Positions 20,574 to 32,597 of a stretch of 39,688 bases of DNA are shown one piece after another (the stretch's first letter is position 1; the number at the start of each line of letters is the position of its first letter). The stretch lies in NCBI GenBank assembly GCA_020024075.1, contig JAHHUJ010000001.1, forward strand, positions 1 to 39,688. Reading direction: 5' to 3'. The notes beneath the pieces are model-generated. The model saw only the letters and a program-made list of their open reading frames with translations. It was not told where the DNA came from and did no database searches. The stretch comes from Psychrobacter sp. (GTDB lineage Bacteria > Pseudomonadota > Gammaproteobacteria > Pseudomonadales > Moraxellaceae). Position numbers and translations under genes: made by a program.

Positions 20574-22118
20574 ATGCAACAATTGAATCCAGCAGAGATC
20601 AGTCAACTGATTAAGCAGCGAATTCAAGACCTTGATACAGGTGCAACCGCTAAGAATGAAGGCACTATTGTCAAAGTATCTGATGGTATTGTACAGATTC
20701 ATGGTCTTGAAGATGCAATGTACGGTGAGATGATTGAGTTTGAAGGCGATGTCTATGGTATGGCATTGAACCTTGAACAAGACTCCGTAGGCGCGGTTGT
20801 TTTGGGTGATTACCTAGGTCTTCAAGAAGGTCAAAAAGCTTACTGCACAGGCCGTATTTTAGAAGTACCAGTAGGTCCTGAATTATTAGGTCGCGTGGTT
20901 GACGCTTTAGGTAATCCTATCGATGGTAAAGGTCCTATCAACGCTAAGCTTACTGACAAAGTCGAAAAAATTGCTCCAGGTGTTATTGCCCGTCAATCAG
21001 TTGATGAGCCAGTAATGACTGGTTATAAAGCAGTTGATACCATGATTCCAATCGGTCGTGGTCAGCGTGAGCTTATCATTGGTGACCGTCAGACTGGTAA
21101 AACAGCTTTAGCTATTGACTCTATTATTGCTCAGAAAGATTCTGGTATTAAGTGTGTCTACGTAGCCATTGGTCAGAAGCGTTCTACTATTGCTAACGTC
21201 GTACGTAAGCTTGAAGAAACAGGCGCTTTAGCATACACCACAGTAGTTGTAGCTTCAGCTTCTGAGCCAGCAGCGCTTCAATATATCGCTCCGTACTCTG
21301 GTTGTACTATGGGTGAATACTTCCGTGACCGCGGTGAAGACGCATTAATCGTTTATGATGACTTATCAAAACAAGCGGTAGCGTATCGTCAGATTTCACT
21401 ACTATTACGTCGTCCACCAGGTCGTGAAGCTTACCCAGGTGACGTTTTCTATCTTCACTCACGCCTACTAGAGCGTGCATCACGTGTAAACGCGGATTAT
21501 GTTGAAGAGTTCACTAAAGGTGAAGTAAAAGGTAAAACTGGTTCTTTAACCGCACTACCAATTATTGAAACTCAAGCAGGGGACGTATCTGCATTCGTAC
21601 CAACGAACGTAATTTCTATTACTGATGGTCAGATCTTCTTAGAATCAAGCTTATTTAACTCAGGTATCCGTCCTGCGGTTAACGCTGGTATCTCAGTATC
21701 ACGTGTTGGTGGCTCTGCTCAGACTAAGATTATCAAAAAGCTATCAGGTGGTATCCGTACTGCATTGGCTCAGTACCGTGAATTGGCAGCGTTTGCTCAG
21801 TTCGCCTCTGACCTAGACGATGCTACTAAGCAACAGTTAGACCATGGTGAGCGTGTAACTGAACTGATGAAACAGAAGCAGTATGCTCCAATGTCAGTTG
21901 CTGAACAAGCCGCGGTTATCTATGCTTCAAACGAAGGTTACTTAGCTGATATCCCAGTTGAAAAAATCGGCGCCTGGGAAGAAGCTTACCTACGTTACAT
22001 GTATGACGAACAAGCTGATCTTATGAAAGAGATTAACGATACTGCAAACTACAATGATGATATTGCAGGCCGTTTAAAAGCTTCAGTTGAAACGTTCCTA
22101 CAAAACCACACGTTCTAA
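20574..22118 (+). CDS. atpA: F0F1 ATP synthase subunit alpha
   Basis: [31 protein letters not shown]. Confidence 0.98.
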   Translation: MQQLNPAEISQLIKQRIQDLDTGATAKNEGTIVKVSDGIVQIHGLEDAMYGEMIEFEGDVYGMALNLEQDSVGAVVLGDYLGLQEGQKAYCTGRILEVPVGPELLGRVVDALGNPIDGKGPINAKLTDKVEKIAPGVIARQSVDEPVMTGYKAVDTMIPIGRGQRELIIGDRQTGKTALAIDSIIAQKDSGIKCVYVAIGQKRSTIANVVRKLEETGALAYTTVVVASASEPAALQYIAPYSGCTMGEYFRDRGEDALIVYDDLSKQAVAYRQISLLLRRPPGREAYPGDVFYLHSRLLERASRVNADYVEEFTKGEVKGKTGSLTALPIIETQAGDVSAFVPTNVISITDGQIFLESSLFNSGIRPAVNAGISVSRVGGSAQTKIIKKLSGGIRTALAQYRELAAFAQFASDLDDATKQQLDHGERVTELMKQKQYAPMSVAEQAAVIYASNEGYLADIPVEKIGAWEEAYLRYMYDEQADLMKEINDTANYNDDIAGRLKASVETFLQNHTF

Positions 22119-22212
22119 ATAACAAACGGTGCGATTAGTGAAGCTAATCGCACTATTTGAAATGTGTGTGATAGATTAATCCTCATTTAAACCCCGCCGA
22201 ATTGGAAATGTT

Positions 22213-23091
22213 ATGGCAAGTTTAAAAGAAATTCGTGCTAAGGTTACTAGCATTAAAAGTACGCAGAAAATTACGCGTGCGATGCAGATGGTAGCCGCCA
22301 GTAAAATGCGCCGTGCTCAAGAGCGTATGGAAGTGGGTCGTCCTTATTCTGATAATATGCGTCGTGTGGTATCACACTTAGTAAACGCCTCTTCAGACTA
22401 TAAGCACCCTTATATGACTAGCCGTCAGGTAAATCGTGTAGGCTATATCTTAGTGACTTCTGACCGTGGTTTGGCTGGTGGATTGAACATCAATTTATTT
22501 AAGCAGTTGATGCATCATGTTGAAGAATTTCAAGACCAGTCTGTGCAAGCTGAGTTTGCTGTAATCGGCTCTAAAGGCGTTAGCTTTTTCAAGAGTTTTG
22601 GCGGCAAAGTAACTTCAGCAGTCACTGATTATGGTGATAATCCTAGCTTTGAGCAATTAAATGCTCCAGTTCAAGCCATGCTTGATGATTATGCCAAGGG
22701 TCATTTAGATCGCATTTATGTGGTTTACAATAAGTTTGTAAACGCAATGACACAAAAGCCAATGATTAGCCAGCTGGTTCCATTACCGCAAGATGCCATT
22801 GATTCAGACTCAGGTATGCGTACCGAAATCAACTGGGACTATATCTACGAGCCTGATGCCAAGACACTTGTCGATGGTTTGCTTGGCCGTTATATCGAGT
22901 CTATCGTATATCAAGCGGTCATGGAAAACATTGCTTCAGAACAGTCAGCACGTATGGTAGCGATGAAAGCCGCTACTGATAATGCTGGTGACCTAATTAA
23001 TGATTTACAGTTAGTTTATAACAAGCTGCGTCAAGCGGCAATTACCCGAGAAATTTCGGAAATTGTCGGCGGTGCTGCTGCTGTTTCCTAA
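22213..23091 (+). CDS. atpG: F0F1 ATP synthase subunit gamma
   Basis: [36 protein letters not shown]. Confidence 0.98.
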   Translation: MASLKEIRAKVTSIKSTQKITRAMQMVAASKMRRAQERMEVGRPYSDNMRRVVSHLVNASSDYKHPYMTSRQVNRVGYILVTSDRGLAGGLNINLFKQLMHHVEEFQDQSVQAEFAVIGSKGVSFFKSFGGKVTSAVTDYGDNPSFEQLNAPVQAMLDDYAKGHLDRIYVVYNKFVNAMTQKPMISQLVPLPQDAIDSDSGMRTEINWDYIYEPDAKTLVDGLLGRYIESIVYQAVMENIASEQSARMVAMKAATDNAGDLINDLQLVYNKLRQAAITREISEIVGGAAAVS

Positions 23092-23112
23092 TTGACATAC
23101 CTATATTTTTAG

Positions 23113-24558
<1,446 letters not shown>

Positions 24559-24711
24559 TTTAATCGCTAAAGCTTAAGTAGATAGTCGTTAAAATAGCAT
24601 GGCAGAGTTGATGACAACTTTGTCATGCTCATCAAGATATTAAATTATCACCTATCTAAGTTTGATGTTAATATTAATTAGCAAGTTAATGAGTTTATAA
24701 CGGAGAGTCGC

Positions 24712-25128
24712 ATGGCAACCTTACAGTGCCGAGTAGTTAGTGCTCGTGAAGAGATTTATACTGGTGAGATCAGTATGTTAATTGCGACGGGTATTGAAGG
24801 TGAAGTGGGTATTCTAGCGGGTCACACCCCACTTATCACACTATTGAAGCCGGGCTCAATGAGAATCCAATTACCAGATGGTAGCGAAGAAGTTATCTAT
24901 GTTTCTGGTGGGGTTCTAGAAGTTCAGCCTAAGCTTGTTACCGTACTTGCAGACACTGCAGTACGTGCACATGACTTAGATGAAGCGAAGATTATTGAAG
25001 CTCGTAAACAAGCAGAACAAATGCTTGTCAACCAGTCTGAAACTTTACAGACAAACGCTGCATTGGCTTCACTTGCAGAGTCTGTGGCACAGCTACAAAC
25101 GATTCGAAAATATCGTAACCGTGCGTAA
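24712..25128 (+). CDS. atpC: F0F1 ATP synthase subunit epsilon
   Basis: GEVGILAGHTPL, VSGGVLEVQP, VLADTA. Confidence 0.97.
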   Translation: MATLQCRVVSAREEIYTGEISMLIATGIEGEVGILAGHTPLITLLKPGSMRIQLPDGSEEVIYVSGGVLEVQPKLVTVLADTAVRAHDLDEAKIIEARKQAEQMLVNQSETLQTNAALASLAESVAQLQTIRKYRNRA

Positions 25129-25189
25129 GGTAATCTACGCTAACTAGCGTCAACTGTTGAGTAAGTGTTAACTGCTTATCAAAATAATC

Positions 25190-25216
25190 AAACAGCCTAT
25201 ACTAGGCTGTTTTTTT
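25190..25216 (+). terminator. atp operon terminator
   Basis: AAACAGCCTA-tac-TAGGCTGTTTTTTT. Confidence 0.88.
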
Positions 25217-25357
25217 ATGTGCTAATATTACGTATATTACTAATTACATTATGGATCAATGTATATATACTAAAGCTTGTCATAGTTTATTAATATATTA
25301 ACTTGAACACGTTAAAAAAGATCCTGATTAAGGTTTCATTTTTTTAAGGAAATAATA

Positions 25358-26074
25358 ATGTCTATAGGTGAAGAAGAACAAACCCCACGAATTTTGATCG
25401 TTGAAGATGATGAGCGTCTGGCCATGCTAACCCAAGATTACTTGGTTAAGAATGGTATGGATGTCGCTATTGAGACTGATGGTAACCGTGCTATTCGCCG
25501 TATCATTAATGAACAACCTGACTTGGTTGTACTTGATGTGATGTTACCCGGTAGTGATGGTCTAACGGTTTGTCGTGAAGTACGTCCTCATTATCATAGC
25601 CCAATCTTGATGTTGACCGCTCGTACAGAAGATATGGATCAAGTGTTGGGTCTAGAAATGGGTGCTGACGACTACGTAGCTAAGCCTGCACAGCCTCGCG
25701 TACTATTGGCTCGTATCCGTGCTTTATTACGTCGCTCTGAGAATTCTCCTTCTGAAGAAATACCACAGCGCTTAGAATTTGGCGAATTGGTTATCGATAA
25801 TGGTGGCCGTTCAGTAACTCTAAATGGTGAGTTGGTTGACTTTACCAGTGCTGAGTATGATCTTTTATGGCTATTGGCTTCTAACGCAGGTCGTATCCTA
25901 TCTCGTGAAGACATCTTTGAGCGTCTACGTGGTATTGAATATGATGGTCAGGACCGTTCAATTGACGTGCGTATTTCACGCATTCGTCCGAAGATTGGCG
26001 ATGATCCAGAAAATCCAAAACGTATTAAGACTGTTCGTAGTAAAGGTTATTTGTTTGTCAAAGAAGGCAACTAA
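25358..26074 (+). CDS. bfmR: OmpR-family response regulator, BfmR/RstA-like
   Basis: ILIVEDDERLA, LDVMLPG, DFTSAEYDLLWLLASNAGRILSREDIFERLRGIEYDGQDRSIDVRISRIRPKIGDD. Confidence 0.85.
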   Translation: MSIGEEEQTPRILIVEDDERLAMLTQDYLVKNGMDVAIETDGNRAIRRIINEQPDLVVLDVMLPGSDGLTVCREVRPHYHSPILMLTARTEDMDQVLGLEMGADDYVAKPAQPRVLLARIRALLRRSENSPSEEIPQRLEFGELVIDNGGRSVTLNGELVDFTSAEYDLLWLLASNAGRILSREDIFERLRGIEYDGQDRSIDVRISRIRPKIGDDPENPKRIKTVRSKGYLFVKEGN

Positions 26075-26132
26075 GCCATTTTATTTATATGTCAGTTGTG
26101 CAATGAGCGGTTACTAATTGCTCATTGCCTGT

Positions 26133-26160
26133 AAAAGGTCAGCTTCAGGCTGGCTTTTTT
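26133..26160 (+). terminator. Terminator between response regulator and kinase
   Basis: AAAAGGTCAGC-ttcag-GCTGGCTTTTTT. Confidence 0.75.
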
Positions 26161-26356
26161 ATTATTCAAATTTTGATGCTAGAAGTACAGTAGTGACGAC
26201 TATTTTTACAAATCTTTTTTTTCAACAACAAAATATAAAAATATAGAATGTTGTTAACGCTATATAATTTAGACAGGGCTCTAGACAGTTACCTGTGTGG
26301 GTTAACTGCTCAATTTAGGGTAAACTAGAACAAAAATTAAACTTATTAGATTTTGT

Positions 26357-28048
26357 ATGCCAATATTCTCATCTTTAAAACACAGTATCTTTCTACGTAT
26401 CTATGCAGGGCTATTATTGGTCTGTCTGTTTGTGGCACTTTTTGCTCAACTATTGGTAGACACCATTAATAAAGAACGGGTTCAAGCTTATCGGGAAAAT
26501 GTGGCTACCGGTGCCTTGTATCTGGTCAGTTCAGGTTTGCAACAACAGTCTTCACAGACCCAGCGTGAATATTGGCTTAATGACATTAGTCAATTATTTG
26601 GCAATAATTTTAGCATTCAACCTGAGTCCCAAATTGATTTTAAAGCCAGTGAGCTTAAGCGTTTAGAAGAGAATAAGACCGTAGTTCGTTATGTGGCACA
26701 GCCTACCTATGCTGATATTTTTCATCCTATTGAAGGGGAAGATAACGTCATAACCGTACGCATCAGTAAAGTTACGGAGCAGCAGGTTCGAGCGATGGCA
26801 GTGCTACTGCTTAATGATTTGTCCTACTATAAGGATTTATCAGGAAAAAGGCAGCGTTTAGAGGAGATCTCTAAGCAGTTTGCTTTCCCCTTAAGCATTG
26901 AAAACATTGTTGATTTGGATTTGGATGATGATCAGCTGCGCCGTCTAGATAGAGATGAAGTGGTGATGCTATTTCGAGACAGTACCCGATCCGATGACTC
27001 TTCCATTAAGATCATTGCGCCATCTGAACTAGAAAATATGGCGGTGGTTATTGGTCCGGTTAGTTTGTTTAAATGGTTTCCGTTTAATCTAATTATTAGT
27101 GTGGTGTTAATTAGTATGTTCCTCATTAGTTTGGGGGTCTATGCGTTAATTTTCCCACTAGAGCGTAAGCTACAATTAATTCAATCTGGGGTAAATGAGG
27201 TAGGTGATGGTAATCTAGACACTCGAGTGCAGGTAGTCGGTCAAGATGAAATTGCCCGCTTGGCGGCCACATTCAATGCCATGACTGAGCACATCAAACG
27301 CCTTATTGAATCTCAGCGTGAGCTGACCCGTGCGGTATCACATGAGCTAAGAACGCCTGTGGCTCGTATTAGATTTGCAGTAGATATGTTGGCGGATACT
27401 GACGATCAAGAGTCGCGCGAGATGCAGCGTGATTATATTGACCAAGATATTGAAGCATTGAATGGTTTAATTGATGAGATTCTGACCTACGCTAAGCTGG
27501 AAGAGGGCTCGCCTAAACTGACTCTTGAGCCGGTCAGTTTAAAAGAATTGGTAGATCAAATTGTGCGTGAAACCAATGCGTTAGGTAAGCCTATTGAGGT
27601 GGTCGGTATTTCACCTTCAGCCAAGGTAACGGCTGTGGCGGATAGGCGTTATCTACATCGAGTAGTACAGAACTTAGCCGGTAACGCGCTACGCTACGCA
27701 GAGTCAAAAATTATCATCAGTGCTGGAGTGCGCAAAGGTGAAGCTTACGTTAGCGTAGAAGACGATGGTCAAGGTATTCCTGAAGAGGATAGAGATAAGG
27801 TTTTTGTACCTTTTGCTCGCTTGGATGATAGCCGTACCCGCGCCTCAGGTGGTTATGGGTTAGGGCTATCGATTGTGTCAAGAATTGCCTTCTGGTTTAA
27901 TGGAAGTATGTCGGTTGATGAAAGTCCTAAACTGGGTGGGGCCAGATTTACCATGCGTTGGCCAATCAAACCTTTGGCTCAAACCATTTCGGCAGATCAG
28001 TTGACTCAAGAAAAAGGCGCTCGCAAAATCATTGAAAGTGAGGACTAA
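26357..28048 (+). CDS. bfmS: Sensor histidine kinase, BfmS/RstB-like
   Basis: Two TM segments, HAMP, SHELRTP, QNLAGNA, DDGQG, FARLDDSRTRASGGYGLGL. Confidence 0.85.
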   Translation: MPIFSSLKHSIFLRIYAGLLLVCLFVALFAQLLVDTINKERVQAYRENVATGALYLVSSGLQQQSSQTQREYWLNDISQLFGNNFSIQPESQIDFKASELKRLEENKTVVRYVAQPTYADIFHPIEGEDNVITVRISKVTEQQVRAMAVLLLNDLSYYKDLSGKRQRLEEISKQFAFPLSIENIVDLDLDDDQLRRLDRDEVVMLFRDSTRSDDSSIKIIAPSELENMAVVIGPVSLFKWFPFNLIISVVLISMFLISLGVYALIFPLERKLQLIQSGVNEVGDGNLDTRVQVVGQDEIARLAATFNAMTEHIKRLIESQRELTRAVSHELRTPVARIRFAVDMLADTDDQESREMQRDYIDQDIEALNGLIDEILTYAKLEEGSPKLTLEPVSLKELVDQIVRETNALGKPIEVVGISPSAKVTAVADRRYLHRVVQNLAGNALRYAESKIIISAGVRKGEAYVSVEDDGQGIPEEDRDKVFVPFARLDDSRTRASGGYGLGLSIVSRIAFWFNGSMSVDESPKLGGARFTMRWPIKPLAQTISADQLTQEKGARKIIESED

Positions 28049-28072
28049 ATCAGGCTCAGAGTAGCAACAGCT

Positions 28073-28160
28073 ATTTAGAGCCTTCATTACTTAGAGCCTT
28101 AATTACTTAGAGCGGTAATAGTTACTAGAACATCAACAGCTACTCAGAGCATCAATAGTT
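28073..28160. repeat. Degenerate tandem repeats with a TTAGAGC core
   Basis: atttagagccttcatt / acttagagccttaatt / acttagagcggtaata / ...ctagaacatcaacag / ctcagagcatcaatag. Confidence 0.65.
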
Positions 28161-28224
28161 AGAGAGTTGAGCCGACACTAATCTGTGTTCCTTACCATAA
28201 AAGCTTAGCGGATACAGTAGCAAC

Positions 28225-28254
28225 AGCCCAAGGTAGATTGCCTTGGGCTTTTTT
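28225..28254 (+). terminator. Terminator after the bfmS-like gene
   Basis: AGCCCAAGGTA-gat-TGCCTTGGGCTTTTTT. Confidence 0.85.
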
Positions 28255-28307
28255 GTGGCAGTGACAGAGGCGTACTACGTACTAAAAGCCTCATTCAACG
28301 CTTCAAG

Positions 28308-29759
28308 CTAATTCTTGTCTGTAGTCTCTGTATTTTTGTTTTCTAAGTCGGAGTGAGACTGTGACACTAAGGGGATTCGTACACAGACTTGCAGGCCACC
28401 CTCAGGGTGGTTAATGGCTTCAACTGTGCCATGATGTAGCGCTGTGATGCGCTGTACGATGGCTAAGCCTAGTCCACTACCTTGGGTGGTGCGAGCTGAT
28501 TCTCCGCGCTCAAAAGGCTGCATAATGCGTTCTAAATGGTCATTAGCTACCCCAGACCCACAGTCGCGGACACAGATGATGAGCTGCTCTTTGGCCTTGC
28601 GTACCATGCCGGGTGTAGAGACTGACGTTTCATCATCAGGATCGACTTCTTGTGAGTTAAAAGTCGGGGTGATGGTTGCGGTTAAATAAATAGGTGGTTT
28701 GCCGTAACGCTGGGCGTTAACGATTAGATTAACAATGAGGCGTTTAATAGACAAAGGACGCACCGCCACCTCTCGTAGCCCATCGGTTTGATAAATAAAT
28801 TCTAATGGGGCAAATTGCACCATCACTTCACGAAAAATATTGTCTAGGTCAGTAAGACTAACCGGCTCATCGGAGCCATCTTTCATGAAGGAGATAAACT
28901 GCTCTAAGATGGCATCCATATCCTCGATGTCATAGATAAGGCCTTCGCGAAAGAACTCATCAGGTAGCATTTCTGCAGTTAAGCGCATCCGAGTTAGGGG
29001 AGTACGTAGATCATGGGAGATACCGGCCAGCATAATGGTCCGCTCTTTTTGGGCCTGGCTTAAGGTACTAAATAATCGATTAAAAGCCATGTTAAAGCGG
29101 CGTATCTCAGTGGTGCCTGAGTTGGTGGGTAGGGTAGTGGCTGTGCCCAAACGAATATAATTGGTGGCCGCTTGTTGCAGCTTACGTAAAGGACGGTTCA
29201 ACTGACGTACCAAGAGTAAAATGGTTAGTAAGGTAAACAGTGGGATACCCAGTATGAAGAAGACAAGCGTGCTTGGGCTATATTGTGCATAAAATATAAC
29301 AGGTTCACGTATCCAAAACTCTGGCGATGCTGTATCCTGAACCCAGAGCTGTGGTGTCGGTTTAAACTTAAAGTAAACCACACTTTCACGGCCGAGCTGT
29401 TGGCTAATTTCTTGCTGAATAACATCGGTGAAGAAACCGACCACAGCTTTATCGGAAACATCAGGAAAACGATTGGGATCTTCTACAACCTCAATATGAT
29501 TATTAGCAAGAATCCACTGTCTAACCTCTTCATTTTCTCCCCAGTGCTCTCGAGTTGCAGTGACTAGCTTAAGCTCTGTGGTTAGGTAACGGGCATGGTT
29601 TTTTAATTCTGGCAAATACAAACTTCGCCAAAAAAACCATATCGATACCACGACACTAATTATGACCATCAGCATCACGGCAAGAGTTGTCTGCCAAGTG
29701 TTTGAATACGGTCTTGAACCGAACCGAGAGAATATAGGACGAGTAAAGGCTTTGTTCAT
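28308..29759 (-). CDS. EnvZ/AmgS-like sensor histidine kinase (no adjacent response regulator)
   Basis: LAGISHDLRTPLTRMRL, DIEDMDAILEQF, NLIVNAQRYG, QPFERGESAR, GSGLGLAIV. Confidence 0.85.
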   Translation of the reverse strand: MNKAFTRPIFSRFGSRPYSNTWQTTLAVMLMVIISVVVSIWFFWRSLYLPELKNHARYLTTELKLVTATREHWGENEEVRQWILANNHIEVVEDPNRFPDVSDKAVVGFFTDVIQQEISQQLGRESVVYFKFKPTPQLWVQDTASPEFWIREPVIFYAQYSPSTLVFFILGIPLFTLLTILLLVRQLNRPLRKLQQAATNYIRLGTATTLPTNSGTTEIRRFNMAFNRLFSTLSQAQKERTIMLAGISHDLRTPLTRMRLTAEMLPDEFFREGLIYDIEDMDAILEQFISFMKDGSDEPVSLTDLDNIFREVMVQFAPLEFIYQTDGLREVAVRPLSIKRLIVNLIVNAQRYGKPPIYLTATITPTFNSQEVDPDDETSVSTPGMVRKAKEQLIICVRDCGSGVANDHLERIMQPFERGESARTTQGSGLGLAIVQRITALHHGTVEAINHPEGGLQVCVRIPLVSQSHSDLENKNTETTDKN

Positions 29760-29811
29760 TGGGATATCGCTTATAATATAATGAGAGTTACAGTTTTAAT
29801 TAAGTAAAAGG

Positions 29812-29840
29812 TTTCCAAGTCATTAGTATTCTGATATAAT
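29812..29840 (+). promoter_or_regulatory. Sigma70 promoter of the rpsP operon
   Basis: TTTCCA-17 bp-TATAAT with extended -10 TG. Confidence 0.7.
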
Positions 29841-29879
29841 TATGCCCTTTTTGGTATACCTACGGAAGAGAGAACTCAA

Positions 29880-30143
29880 ATGGTTGTTATTCGTTTAGCA
29901 CGGGGCGGTGCCAAAAAACGCCCATTCTATCAAGTTGTTGTAGCAGATCAGCGTCGTTCACGCGATGGCCGTTACATCGAAAATCTAGGTTTTTATAACC
30001 CACTAGCGAAAGGTCAAGAAACTGAGCTTCGTCTAGATATGGATGCTTATAATGCTTGGATCGAAAAAGGCGCACAGCCTTCAGAGCGCGTTAAAGCATT
30101 AGCTAAAGGTTATAAGCCTGCAACTGAAGAAGTAACTGCTTAA
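29880..30143 (+). CDS. rpsP: 30S ribosomal protein S16
   Basis: [24 protein letters not shown]. Confidence 0.98.
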   Translation: MVVIRLARGGAKKRPFYQVVVADQRRSRDGRYIENLGFYNPLAKGQETELRLDMDAYNAWIEKGAQPSERVKALAKGYKPATEEVTA

Positions 30144-30232
30144 GACATAATTTGTTTTGCAATGGGATAGTATCTCATTGCACTGCAGTTTTGAGTAATT
30201 GTTTTTTTATTAATTGTGGCTGAGCAAGTCTT

Positions 30233-30763
30233 ATGACAACACCAAACGCTGACAGTCTTATGAAAATAGGACAGCTAAAAAAACCATACGGCATTAAAGG
30301 CTGGTTATGGGTTTTTAGCGAAACTGAGGAGCGAGAAGCTATCTTTAGTTACTCCCCTTGGTGGATGAAGACGGCGACAGGGTTCAAACCACTGACCGTT
30401 ACAGACTGGCGTAAGCAAGGGTCTGGTATTGTGGCTCAATTTGAGCAGGTACCTGATCGTAATACTGCTGAAACCATGAATGGCGTTAGCATTTGGATTG
30501 ATAAAGACAGCTTACCTGAGACCGAAGAAGACGAGTACTACTGGTCTGATTTGGTTGGCTTAAGTGTTATTAATAAGCAACAGGAATGTCTTGGCATAAT
30601 CAAAGAGCTGTTTGAAACTGGTGCACACCCGATCATGAAGGTAGTGCCTAGTAAAGACAGTATTGATGATGAGCCACGAATGATTCCTTGGCACAAGCAA
30701 ACTGTCGATGTGGTCGATTTGGCTGCTGGGCAGATGATTGTAGATTGGGAGCGTGATTTTTAA
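30233..30763 (+). CDS. rimM: Ribosome maturation factor RimM
   Basis: PYGIKGW, EDEYYWSDLVG, ETGAH. Confidence 0.97.
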   Translation: MTTPNADSLMKIGQLKKPYGIKGWLWVFSETEEREAIFSYSPWWMKTATGFKPLTVTDWRKQGSGIVAQFEQVPDRNTAETMNGVSIWIDKDSLPETEEDEYYWSDLVGLSVINKQQECLGIIKELFETGAHPIMKVVPSKDSIDDEPRMIPWHKQTVDVVDLAAGQMIVDWERDF

Positions 30764-30874
30764 TTACCGACTTTGAAGCTTGAGACAACATAAGCTTTTA
30801 GGTTTGCGATTGAAATTAGCGTTTTTTATTTTTAATCAACTGTCATTATTTTGGCGTTATTTGGAGGTGACCTA

Positions 30875-31636
30875 ATGTATTTTGCAGTCATCACCATTTT
30901 GCCTGAAATGTTTACCGCTATTAGCGAGTTTGGCATTACTGGTAGAGCCGTTCAAAATAAGCAAGTTACAATCGAGTGCATAAATCCTCGAGATTTTACG
31001 ACAGATAATTATCGCCGTATAGACGAACGTCCCTTTGGTGGCGGTCCCGGTATGGTGATGATGGCAGAACCTTTGGCCAAAGCCATTGATTATGCCAAGT
31101 CGCAAGCCAGCCAACATGGCTGTGCCACAGATGCAGAGCATTGCCCAGTTATTTATCTGTCACCTCAAGGTGATCAATTAAATGAAACAACGGTAATGGC
31201 ATTACGTCAATATGACGCAATGATTTTGCTATGTGGTCGTTATGAAGGCATTGATGAGCGACTATTGCAGCGTTACGTTGATATGGAGATCTCAATAGGA
31301 GACTTTGTATTAACCGGCGGTGAGCTACCCGCGATGGTATTGATGGACAGTGTGATTCGCAGATTACCCGATGTGATGGGAGATGCAAAATCCGCTGAGC
31401 AAGACTCCTTTGTTGAAGGATTGCTAGATTGTCCACACTACACCAAGCCTCATGAATTTGAAGGTTTGACTGTGCCAGAAGTGCTACTTTCTGGTCACCA
31501 TGCCAATATCGCAAAGTGGCGTTTTGTACAACAAGTTAAGCGTACCAAGCAAAGACGCCCCGACTTGTGGCAGCAATTCACCCCAAATGCAGAGCAGGCC
31601 CGCTTGCTCAAAAAAGTTAAAGAGGAAGTAAAGTAG
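30875..31636 (+). CDS. trmD: tRNA (guanine37-N1)-methyltransferase
   Basis: [35 protein letters not shown] 30875 behind GGAGGT. Confidence 0.97.
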   Translation: MYFAVITILPEMFTAISEFGITGRAVQNKQVTIECINPRDFTTDNYRRIDERPFGGGPGMVMMAEPLAKAIDYAKSQASQHGCATDAEHCPVIYLSPQGDQLNETTVMALRQYDAMILLCGRYEGIDERLLQRYVDMEISIGDFVLTGGELPAMVLMDSVIRRLPDVMGDAKSAEQDSFVEGLLDCPHYTKPHEFEGLTVPEVLLSGHHANIAKWRFVQQVKRTKQRRPDLWQQFTPNAEQARLLKKVKEEVK

Positions 31637-31897
31637 ACAGGGGATAGACCTGACAGCACTTTATTTGCCGCTAACTTTATTATTTTATTTATATTCAGAT
31701 TCAAGCTAATGGTCTTTATTGCAGTGACCCTAGTCACCTTAAGAGCATTAGTGCTATTGGTTCAATATCGATAGCAGTCAAAACCGATTTCTTATTCCTG
31801 TTTCTCCTGTAGGCTCTTTATTGAGTCAAGGGGTTATTATTATAAACGGGTGGTATGCGACTTATAGCCTATGCCGTCCCATGTGAGGAGCAATCTC

Positions 31898-32323
31898 ATG
31901 AGTAATGTACATCCATTAGTACAAGCAGTTGAAAATTCACAACTACTTGAGCGTCCTAACTTCTCTGCTGGTGATACTGTAGTAGTTCAAGTAAAAGTAC
32001 GTGAAGGTGAGCGTGAGCGTTTACAGGCTTTTGAAGGCGTAGTAATCGCTAAGCGTAACCGTGGTATTAACTCTGCATTTACCGTTCGTAAAATCTCAAG
32101 CGGTATCGGTGTTGAGCGTGCTTTCCAGTTACATTCACCAATTATTCATAGCATCGAAGTGAAACGTCGTGGTGCTGTACGTCGTGCGAAACTATACTAC
32201 TTACGTGAGCGTTCTGGTAAATCTGCACGTATTCGTGAAAAGTTATCTTTACGCCGTGAAGGTGTTCAGAGCAAAACTGACGCGGGCGTTCCAGAAGCAG
32301 TTGAAACTGCACCAGGCATCTAA
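31898..32323 (+). CDS. rplS: 50S ribosomal protein L19
   Basis: [30 protein letters not shown] 31898 behind GAGGAG. Confidence 0.97.
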   Translation: MSNVHPLVQAVENSQLLERPNFSAGDTVVVQVKVREGERERLQAFEGVVIAKRNRGINSAFTVRKISSGIGVERAFQLHSPIIHSIEVKRRGAVRRAKLYYLRERSGKSARIREKLSLRREGVQSKTDAGVPEAVETAPGI

Positions 32324-32397
32324 GCCAATCCTAATACTAGGTTAAAGCATAAATTAGTTGTATACCAAAAAGAGCTGGTAATCTAACCATTATCAGG

Positions 32398-32430
32398 AAA
32401 AACCCTCAATCTGAAAAGGTTGGGGGTTTT
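32398..32430 (+). terminator. Terminator after rplS
   Basis: AAAACCCTCAATCT-gaaa-AGGTTGGGGGTTTT stem with G-U pairs and a GNRA loop. Confidence 0.75.
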
Positions 32431-32597
32431 TCGATTTCTATAATAAACTATTTTGAAATAAATCAGAGAGTTAGCCGAAAATTTACTCGTAATCTTTGTT
32501 CAGTTAGACTACAATAGTTAATCATATTTAATGCAACCCCTGTGGTTTCATTAATTAATCTTATCATCAAGGAAGATTTATCGTATAAGGAGATACT

